Below are positions 1 through 7,738 of a DNA stretch of 64,000 bases, piece by piece; position 1 is the first letter of the stretch; every line of letters starts with the position of its first letter. Made by a program: the position numbers and the translations under genes. The notes under the pieces were generated by a model. It ran no database searches. It saw only the letters and a program-made list of their open reading frames with translations, and had not been told where the DNA came from. Origin of the DNA: Blastocatellia bacterium (GTDB lineage: Bacteria > Acidobacteriota > Blastocatellia > UBA7656 > JADIYM01); the NCBI GenBank assembly GCA_021463145.1, contig JAJTWZ010000006.1, positions 17,485 through 81,484 on the forward strand, written 5' to 3'.

Positions 1-1
1 C

Positions 2-910
2 GACGGCACGGCGGAACGACGGCTGCTGGAAACGATTCGGTTGGACGTGGAATTTCGAATCCGCAGCATCCGGTATGCGATGAAGGCCTGGAATCCGGAC
101 GTCGTCTTCCACTACACGTCGACAACGGACGGCGCGGGACACACGTGGATCGGCGCGCTCGATCCGGCTGGCCGCAACTACGATCCGAAACTGGCGGAGA
201 AACTGTGGCCGTTCTACGAAGAAGTATTCCAGTTGGAGGACATGTGGCTCGGGCACCTGATCGAAGCGGCGGGTCAGGAGGGCGTCGTTTGTCTCGTGAG
301 CGATCACGGAATGGCGGCCACGGACACGCTTTTCTATCCGAACACGGTGTTGCAGCAGGCCGGTCTCCTCGTCGCAGACGGCAGGAAGATCCGTCTGGAG
401 CAGACCGAGGTGTGCGTGCCGCCGTTCAGCGATTTTTTCCTGACCGTCAACGGGGTGGACCGGAAGGGCGGGATCGTCAAACCGGCGGATCGTGAAGCCG
501 CGCTGCGGCGGGCGGAGGACGCGTTGCTGGCTGCGCGAGATCCGCGCGACGGCAGGCGGATCGTGAGGGCGGTGTTTCGGCCCGGCGAGACGCTTGGCCT
601 GGGAATTGACGGCGATTCGTGCGGCGACCTCTACTTCGAATTGATGCCGGGTTACTACCCGATGTCGAGATTGTCGCCGAACGTCGTGGAGCCCGACGAT
701 CCGCCAATCGGTTCCGGAAACCACGGGTTCTTTCCGTTTCGCCGCTCGATGCAGGCGATTTTCATTCTTGGAGGTGGGGGAGTTTCGGCGGGCAGATCGA
801 TCGGGCCGATTCGTCAGATCGACATCGCTCCTACTCTGGCCCGGTTGATCGGGGTACCCGCGCCAGGGAACGCGTACGGACATGCGATCTGGGATGTCGC
901 GCCGGAGTGA
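2..910 (+). CDS. AlkP-superfamily type I phosphodiesterase / nucleotide pyrophosphatase-like protein (C-terminal part). It is 5'-truncated by the window edge.
   Basis: The frame is open from base 2. The VCLVSDHGM motif and overall composition are typical of the PF01663 phosphodiesterase family. The gene ends at TGA 908-910. Confidence 0.55.
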   Translation, partial: DGTAERRLLETIRLDVEFRIRSIRYAMKAWNPDVVFHYTSTTDGAGHTWIGALDPAGRNYDPKLAEKLWPFYEEVFQLEDMWLGHLIEAAGQEGVVCLVSDHGMAATDTLFYPNTVLQQAGLLVADGRKIRLEQTEVCVPPFSDFFLTVNGVDRKGGIVKPADREAALRRAEDALLAARDPRDGRRIVRAVFRPGETLGLGIDGDSCGDLYFELMPGYYPMSRLSPNVVEPDDPPIGSGNHGFFPFRRSMQAIFILGGGGVSAGRSIGPIRQIDIAPTLARLIGVPAPGNAYGHAIWDVAPE

Positions 911-1040
911 GGTGTCTCGAGTCGCAGGTTGGATTCAGGTTGAAGCCAGGAGGGGAAGGCCGCCGAAGCGGCCTGAATCGGGAATCGGGGGCCTGAACAT
1001 GACGACGGGAGGTGCGACCGCTCCGCGGCCGGGATCCCAT

Positions 1041-1250
1041 TGGGGTGCGTACCCGGCTACGGCGGTGAGCGTAGCGATCCGCCGTAGCCCCGGCTATCGT
1101 CTGTGACCGCTTCGCGGACCAGTCGATCCGGAGCGGTCGATGAAATAGCCGTGGGTCGCGCGCAGGCGAGGGTAACGAGCCTCCGCGCGCGACCCCGCGG
1201 AACCGCCGGCCTTGTCGCGCCGACCGCGGAGCGGTCGCACCGTTTGGCAG
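1041..1250. repeat. GC-rich palindromic structured repeat, copy A. It has a perfect 11-bp stem hairpin (1055-1089) followed by a core hairpin flanked by GACCGC-N3-GCGGTC motifs.
   Basis: About 85% nucleotide identity to 38237-38346. The ggctatcgtctgtgaccgcttcgcgg segment is also shared with 38484-38512 and 50926-50955. Internal inverted repeats include gggtcgcgcgc/gcgcgcgaccc. Confidence 0.8.
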
Positions 1251-1796
1251 CACCGGCACCGGGGTACAGCCCGTGCACCGTCTGGATCGGGACGCCGAGG
1301 TGGAGACCAATCAACTGTCGCAGCCGATGACCCGGGACCTGCGCCAGACGACTCGAATCGTCGCCCCCCAGGAATGCCGGTCCTCCGGCCCAATCCGAAA
1401 ATTCGTTCGCGCACGCGATGCGCCTCGTACACGAACTCCCTGCCGCCGTCACCCGAACGTGACAAATCGGTAAAGGAACGTAAAACCTCTCTCGCACGAC
1501 GGCGACTTTGCCGGCCGATCGCGGCTCGGCGCGCCCCCAACCGGCTAGTCCGCGAACGGGTTTTCCGAGACTTCGTAACCAACTTCCGAAGTCCCGAAAT
1601 TTCGAGCGCATTCGATTCGACTACCGGCCGCCGAATCGCGAACTCGAGGATCTTCTCGTTCCACGCGACCCATTGCAAATCCCGAAAGCCCCGATTTTCC
1701 GTCCGATTCTCACGCTTTACGATCGGGCACGGCGCTTGCACTCCTGCTATTCGGCCGGCTGAAGGCCGATCCATCCGAATAGGAGGAGAGATAGTC

Positions 1797-4700
1797 ATGA
1801 GATCACGAAAGCGCAGAGGCGCGACGAGGGCAGCGAGCATCCTGCTTGCAGTCCTGGTCGCGACGACCGCCGTCTTCCAAAGCTCCGTCTCCGCGCAGAC
1901 CGAGACGGGTCAGATATCCGGAACCGTGACCGATCCACAGGGCGCCGTAGTCGCCGGTGCGACGATCACGATTCAATCGAAGGGAACGGGTGCAGTTCGC
2001 ACGCAGCGTTCGACCGGCGATGGTTCCTACATCGTCTCGAATCTGCAACCCGGCGACTACGAGGTGAAGGTCGAAGGCAGCGGCTTTGGCGTCAAGACCG
2101 TTCCGGTCCGCGTTACCGTCGGCACGAGGACCACGGTCGACGTGACGCTCGAAGTCAGCGGCTCCGGTGACGTCGTCGACGTCGTCGCCGGCGACCAGGG
2201 CGTCCAGGTGAATACCGAAAACCAGGTGCTCTCGACCGTTGTCAGCGAAAAGCAGATCAAGGAACTGCCGACGATCACGCGCAATCCGTACGCGCTCGTT
2301 CAACTAGCGGGAACGGCCGTCGCGGTCGATCCGGAAGCCCAGGATCCGAACACGACGACGTCCGACCGCGGCGCTGGCTTCAACATCAACGGTCAGCGTT
2401 CCTCGAGCACCAATGTCATGCTAGACGGCGCGGACAACAACGACACGTACGCGTCGGACATCGGCAATGCGGTTCCGCTGGACTCGGTCCAGGAATTCAC
2501 CGTGCTGACGAACAACTTCTCGGCCGAATTCGGCCGTGCCGGTGGAGGAGTCGTGAACGTTGCGACCAAGTCGGGCACGAACGATTTTCACGGCACCGTC
2601 TACGAGTTCAACCGGATTTCGGCGCTCGCCTCCGAGAGCGCGAACCTCAAGGGACAGTTCGTTCCAACCAAGAAGGGCGTGTTCACACGCAACCAGTTCG
2701 GTTACTCGGTTGGCGGCCCGGTCATCAGGGACAAGGTCCATTTCTTCCAGTCGACGGAATGGCTGCGGGTCCGCAGCCGCGACACGGGTATCGCGCTCGT
2801 GGCTACGCCGGAACTGCTCTCCAGAACGCCTGCGAACGTGCAGCAGTTCTTCGCGCCGTTCGGGCTCGTCGAGTCGTCCCTTGGCCGCGTTTTCACCGTT
2901 GGCGACATCGGCGGTACTCCCGGCGGACCGTTCAACTCGCTCGATCCGAACCTGCCGGCTTTCCAGGAGGTGTTCTACTCGGTGCCTGCGGATGCCGGCG
3001 GCGGCTTCCCGCAGGACCAATACCAGATCGTCGGCCGCGGCGACTGGAACATCAGCGACCGCACGTCGATGTACGGACGCTACGCTTACCAGAACGTAAA
3101 CTTCGAACAGGGGGCACTCTCGTTCAGCCCGTACGCGGGCTTCAACACTCCGGCGCTCACTCGTAACCACAACTTCCTCGTTTCGATGACGCACGTGTGG
3201 AGCGACAGTCTCGTCTCGCAGTCGAAGTTCGCCTACAGCAGGGTTGCAAACGACCAGCCGCTCGCAGAGCAGCCGGCCACGCCGTCGCTTTACCTGCAGC
3301 AGAACATCAAGTCCACTCTCCTCGGCCGCGACGTCGCGCTGCCGGGTTACTTCCCGTTTTCTCCATCGGCGGCGATTCCCGCCGGCGGCCCGGCGAACAT
3401 GTTCCAGTTCTACCAGGACCAGACCTGGACGCTGGGCTCGCACGCGGTCCGCTTCGGCGGTTCGTTCATAAGGATTCACGACGACCACTTCTTCGGAGCA
3501 TTCCAGTCGGCCGTCGAAGAACTCGGTGGCAGCGCGTTTGCCGGCCTGGACAACCTCGTCCTCGGTCAGACGGCCCGCTTCCGCGTTGCCATCGATCCCG
3601 ATGGCGCCTACCCGGGCGGAACCGTGCAGTATCCGGTGAGTGCGCCGCAGTTCCTGCGAAACAACCGTTACAACGAAGGCGCGCTCTACGTGAACGATTC
3701 GTGGAAGATCCATCCGCGCGTCACGCTCAACCTGGGCCTTCGCTGGGACTACTTCGGCGTGCAGCACAGCACGGATCCGAGCCTCGATTCGAACTTCCAC
3801 CTCGGCAGCGGCGGTTCGATTTACGAGCAGATCCGCAACGGACAGGTGTTCGTTTCCGAAGACAACCCGGCTGGCGGACTCTGGAACAAGGACAACAACA
3901 ACTTCGGACCGCGCGTCGGTATCGCGTGGGACGTGTTCGGCGATGGAAAGACGTCGCTTCGCGGCGGCTACGGCATCTCCTACGAGCGCAATTTCGGCAA
4001 CGTGACGTTCAACGTCATCCAGAATCCGCCTAACTACGCGGTGCTCGACCTCATCAACACGGTTCCGATCACAATCGGCAACTTCGGTCCCGCATCGGGA
4101 GGCGACGGCTCGTTCACGCTTCCGCGGACCAGTCTCAGGTACGTCGACGAGAACATCAAGACGGCGTATGCCCACTTCTGGAGCGCTTCGATAGATCACG
4201 AGCTCCTCGGCGGCCTCGTCGGTTCGATCGAGTATTCCGGTTCGAAAGGCGTCGACCTCTACTCGCTCGAGGACCTCAACGGTCCGGCGTCGGCAATTCA
4301 CTACGGTCTGCCGCTGAGCCCCGGGTCCAACGGACGGCTCAACGAGCAGTATTCGGGCATCAATGCGCGCCGGAACGGCGGCTTCTCGACTTACAACGGC
4401 CTCACGTTCGGCGTCCAGTCGCGTCACTTCAACACGACCGGGTTGCAGTTCATGGCGAAGTACACTTGGTCGCACGCGATCGACAACCTGTCGTCTACTT
4501 TCAGCGACGGTTCCAACCTCTTCAACCTTGGCCTGCTCGATCCGTTCAATCCGGAACTGGACAAGGGCAACGCCGACTTCGACGTCCGCCACCGCTTCAT
4601 CTCGAGCGGTATCTGGGAAGTGCCCTTCGCAAAGGACACGGACGGATGGCAGAAGCACCTGCTCGACGGATGGCAGGTGAGCTACATCTTCAATGCTCGA

Positions 4701-5165
4701 ACGGGCGCACCGTTCACGATCTTCGACTGCACGAACGGGTTCTTCCGCTGCAACCGCCTGCTGCAGGCGGGTCCGATCGACATCGACGGGCAGGGAACTT
4801 CCGCTCCGCAGTCGGGACAGGGCAACACGTTCAACTACATCGACCTGACGAATCAGCTTTCGCAGGCGGGCGGCTACGCCGATCCGTTGACGGGGATTGC
4901 GGACTACGGTCCGTATCCGTCGAACATGACGGCTCGCAACAACTTCCGGCGCCCAGGCTACTGGAACCTCGACGGAGGGCTCTACAAGAACATCGAGCTA
5001 ACGGAGCGCCATTCGATACAGCTCCGCGGCGAGTTCTACAACTTCTTCAACCACGCGAACCTGTTCATCAACGACGGACAGACCGACATATCCGCGTCGC
5101 CTTACATTACGGCGTACAAGGAGGGCCGGCGTCAGGTCCAGTTGGCGATCAAGTTCATCTTCTAA
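1797..5165 (+). CDS. TonB-dependent outer-membrane receptor with a carboxypeptidase-regulatory-like N-terminal domain
   Basis: ATG 1797 sits after RBS aggagga (1781-1790). It has a signal peptide, and its QTETGQISGTVTDPQGAVVAGATITI N-domain is CarbopepD_reg-like and typical of Acidobacteria. Plug/barrel motifs are present and the protein ends in a C-terminal aromatic residue (…KFIF). The listed ORF start at 1212 is an in-frame upstream extension with no RBS. Confidence 0.9.
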   Translation: MRSRKRRGATRAASILLAVLVATTAVFQSSVSAQTETGQISGTVTDPQGAVVAGATITIQSKGTGAVRTQRSTGDGSYIVSNLQPGDYEVKVEGSGFGVKTVPVRVTVGTRTTVDVTLEVSGSGDVVDVVAGDQGVQVNTENQVLSTVVSEKQIKELPTITRNPYALVQLAGTAVAVDPEAQDPNTTTSDRGAGFNINGQRSSSTNVMLDGADNNDTYASDIGNAVPLDSVQEFTVLTNNFSAEFGRAGGGVVNVATKSGTNDFHGTVYEFNRISALASESANLKGQFVPTKKGVFTRNQFGYSVGGPVIRDKVHFFQSTEWLRVRSRDTGIALVATPELLSRTPANVQQFFAPFGLVESSLGRVFTVGDIGGTPGGPFNSLDPNLPAFQEVFYSVPADAGGGFPQDQYQIVGRGDWNISDRTSMYGRYAYQNVNFEQGALSFSPYAGFNTPALTRNHNFLVSMTHVWSDSLVSQSKFAYSRVANDQPLAEQPATPSLYLQQNIKSTLLGRDVALPGYFPFSPSAAIPAGGPANMFQFYQDQTWTLGSHAVRFGGSFIRIHDDHFFGAFQSAVEELGGSAFAGLDNLVLGQTARFRVAIDPDGAYPGGTVQYPVSAPQFLRNNRYNEGALYVNDSWKIHPRVTLNLGLRWDYFGVQHSTDPSLDSNFHLGSGGSIYEQIRNGQVFVSEDNPAGGLWNKDNNNFGPRVGIAWDVFGDGKTSLRGGYGISYERNFGNVTFNVIQNPPNYAVLDLINTVPITIGNFGPASGGDGSFTLPRTSLRYVDENIKTAYAHFWSASIDHELLGGLVGSIEYSGSKGVDLYSLEDLNGPASAIHYGLPLSPGSNGRLNEQYSGINARRNGGFSTYNGLTFGVQSRHFNTTGLQFMAKYTWSHAIDNLSSTFSDGSNLFNLGLLDPFNPELDKGNADFDVRHRFISSGIWEVPFAKDTDGWQKHLLDGWQVSYIFNARTGAPFTIFDCTNGFFRCNRLLQAGPIDIDGQGTSAPQSGQGNTFNYIDLTNQLSQAGGYADPLTGIADYGPYPSNMTARNNFRRPGYWNLDGGLYKNIELTERHSIQLRGEFYNFFNHANLFINDGQTDISASPYITAYKEGRRQVQLAIKFIF

Positions 5166-5397
5166 CCATCGAAACGGGGCCGCTTCGGGTGGTGGGTCCC
5201 CGTTCGAACGCAGCGCGACTGCGGTGACGTCGGCCCCCGCGGGATCCCCTCCCGCGGGGCCGTCGCACGTTCAAGCGGACTGGAGCAGCCGGATTTCAGG
5301 ATGACTCGAGGGAAGGCGGGATGGTCTGGCGGCACGAGACCGATGCTGCGGAAATCGGCCGAGGGTCCCGACAATCCTGTCCACTCTCCCTCTCCTC

Positions 5398-6408
5398 GTG
5401 GTAGAAACGCACCCCGTGACTGCAGACAACGCAATCCCGGCCACCGAGCTCGTCGCCCGCGTCAGAAAGAGCATGGAGAGCGTGATCGTCGGCAAACCCG
5501 ACGTGATCGAGTTGACGCTCATCGCCATGTTGAGCGAGGGCCACCTCCTGATCGAGGACGTCCCGGGCACCGGCAAGACAATGCTGGCCCGCGCTCTCGC
5601 CGGCAGTCTCGCGCTGCATTTCAAACGCATCCAGTTCACACCGGACCTGCTGCCGTCCGACGTGACCGGACTGACGGTCTATCACCAGAAGACTGAAGAA
5701 TTCGTATTCCGTCCGGGCCCGGTCTTTACGAACATACTGCTCGCCGACGAGATCAATCGCGCCACGCCGCGAACACAGTCCTCGTTGCTCGAGTGCATGG
5801 CCGAGACGCAGGTCACCGTGGACGGAAACACATACGCGCTGCCCGGCACCTTCTTCGTCATCGCGACCCAGAATCCCATCGAGTCGCAGGGGACGTTCCC
5901 GCTGCCTGAAGCCCAGCTGGATCGCTTCCTCATGAAGATCAGCGTCGGATATCCGGCCCGGGCAGAGGAAGTGTCCATCCTCTTCGCGCAGCAGCACGAG
6001 CATCCGATCAATCACGTCGCGCGTGTTCTAGGTGAGGCAGAGGTCTCGGCAATGCGCCGCGCCGTAAAAGACGTGCACGTCGATCCCGCGATCGGCGACT
6101 ACATCGTCGACATCGTCGGCGCGACCAGGAAGCATCCGTCGCTGGTGGCCGGGGCGAGCCCTCGGGGTTCGCTGGCGCTGATGCGCGCTTGTCAGGCGGC
6201 CGCGTACGTCCGTGGCGAGGGGTATGTGAGGCCGCACGTCGTCAAGCGAATCGCTCCGTTCGTGCTGTCGCATCGCCTGATGCTGCATCCGCAGGTGAGA
6301 ATCTCGGGCCTGACCGCCGAGCGAATCGTGGCCGAGATCCTGAACAGGGTTCCGGTGCCGACCCTGCTTCAGGACAACTACCGGATGGAGCCCAGCCGAA
6401 AGATGTGA
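5398..6408 (+). CDS. MoxR-family AAA+ ATPase
   Basis: Walker A PGTGKT, Walker B LLADEINR and sensor/Arg-finger regions are present. The length (336 aa) is typical of MoxR. The start codon is GTG at 5398. Confidence 0.9.
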   Translation: MVETHPVTADNAIPATELVARVRKSMESVIVGKPDVIELTLIAMLSEGHLLIEDVPGTGKTMLARALAGSLALHFKRIQFTPDLLPSDVTGLTVYHQKTEEFVFRPGPVFTNILLADEINRATPRTQSSLLECMAETQVTVDGNTYALPGTFFVIATQNPIESQGTFPLPEAQLDRFLMKISVGYPARAEEVSILFAQQHEHPINHVARVLGEAEVSAMRRAVKDVHVDPAIGDYIVDIVGATRKHPSLVAGASPRGSLALMRACQAAAYVRGEGYVRPHVVKRIAPFVLSHRLMLHPQVRISGLTAERIVAEILNRVPVPTLLQDNYRMEPSRKM

Positions 6409-6453
6409 TCGGTTGGCGGGCAGCGTCCCCGGAGGCGCGGATCGGGAACGGCA

Positions 6454-7719
6454 ATGGCTGCACGGACGTCGGTAACGGTCACACCAACAGCGGTCGTCGT
6501 GGCGTTCACGGCGCTGGTCGCCTTCATTCTGGCGTTCGCGTTCAAGTCGATGCTCGCGCATCTGGTGGGAGCGCTGACTCTGTCGGTACTGGCGACCTCG
6601 ATCGTTCTGGCGATCTTTGCCGTGCGCGGCCTCACCGTCACGCGCACGATTGCGGCGACGGCCTTCGACGGCGATTCGCTGAAGATGGAGTTCGAGATCC
6701 GCAACGGCGGCCGCACCGCCAGGCGGCTTGTCGAGGTTGCGTGCGGCTACTACGCGACTCATATGGTCAGCGGCCGCCTCTCCGCCTTCGTGCCCGAGAT
6801 TCCTGCGGGGGGCTCGGCATTGCTCACGGCTACGATCGAGGACATGCGGCGCGGCGAGTACGTGTTCCAGCCGCCCACCTTGATGTCCGGAGATCCCTTC
6901 GGACTCATCGTGGTCGCGCGCACGGCCGACGAGCTCGAGGAGCCGACCCTGCGCGTTACGGTCTACCCGTTGACGTTTCCGATCGACAGGATGTCGATGT
7001 TGAGCGACATGTCCTGGTCGTTCACGGGCGTGGAGCCGACGAACAGGCCGGGCCACGGCGGAGAGATCCTCGGCACGCGAGAGTACCGCTGGGGAGACAG
7101 CGTGCGGGCCATCCACTGGCCGCTCTCGGCTCGCATGGGCGAGCTGATCGTCAAGGAATTCGAGCGAAGCGCTTCGACCGAGGTGACGATCTTCGTAGAT
7201 CTGGACGCAAAGGCAGCTTGGGGATCCGGGCGCGACCAGACGCTCGAGTACTCGATCCGGATTGCCGCTTCCGCGGCCGAGTACGCCATCCGCCGCGGCA
7301 ACAGCGTGCGGCTCGCGGCGTACGGCACTCAATGGATCGTCGTGCCGCCCGGGAAGGGCACGCTCCACCAGCAGATGCTGATGGGCTACCTGGCGTCGTT
7401 TCAGTCGATGGGTCAGACGCCGTTCAACTACGTAATTGGCCAGATGGCGCCGAGGCTGCGCGAGGGATCGAGCGCGGTGGTGGTCTTTCCGAACGAGCAT
7501 CTCCATCTGGACCTGTTCGGCCCGGCTCTCGAAGCGTTGTGGGCAAGGCGTATTCGCCTCACTGCTATACTGCTCAACGTGGAGAGCTTCCTGGAAGGCT
7601 CCGTAGCGAACTTGAAGCCCGACCTGAGAGCCGCGGCGTATCTCAGCGGGCGCGGCGCAACCGTCTACATGGTTTCGAAGGGCGACGATCTCGGTCGCCG
7701 TCTGAGCGTTCCGCTTTGA
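6454..7719 (+). CDS. DUF58 domain protein (MoxR-associated, VWA-like fold) with N-terminal TM helices
   Basis: It carries the DUF58 signature YRWGDSVRAIHWPLSARMGELIVKEFE. It lies immediately downstream of the MoxR gene. Confidence 0.85.
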   Translation: MAARTSVTVTPTAVVVAFTALVAFILAFAFKSMLAHLVGALTLSVLATSIVLAIFAVRGLTVTRTIAATAFDGDSLKMEFEIRNGGRTARRLVEVACGYYATHMVSGRLSAFVPEIPAGGSALLTATIEDMRRGEYVFQPPTLMSGDPFGLIVVARTADELEEPTLRVTVYPLTFPIDRMSMLSDMSWSFTGVEPTNRPGHGGEILGTREYRWGDSVRAIHWPLSARMGELIVKEFERSASTEVTIFVDLDAKAAWGSGRDQTLEYSIRIAASAAEYAIRRGNSVRLAAYGTQWIVVPPGKGTLHQQMLMGYLASFQSMGQTPFNYVIGQMAPRLREGSSAVVVFPNEHLHLDLFGPALEALWARRIRLTAILLNVESFLEGSVANLKPDLRAAAYLSGRGATVYMVSKGDDLGRRLSVPL

Positions 7720-7738
7720 GAGCACAAAGGATCCGGTC

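Noticed and set aside
1041-1250. Possible insertion-sequence or transposon ends
   Set aside because: No transposase or integrase ORF is associated with any copy, and the modules occur independently rather than as paired terminal inverted repeats around a cargo.
882-1330. Small ORFs (74-75 aa) inside repeat copy A, and ORFs with the shared ATHGYFIDRS peptide at 1094-1840 and 38065-38400
   Set aside because: The shared peptide arises only because the same nucleotide repeat is read in frame. The ORFs are short and Arg-rich, and the conservation is at the DNA/structure level (compensatory stem changes), not the codon level.
2421-4658. 745-aa ORF on the minus strand
   Set aside because: It is antisense to the well-supported TonB-dependent receptor gene. 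The composition is Arg/Val-rich and typical of spurious frames in high-GC DNA, with no recognisable domain.
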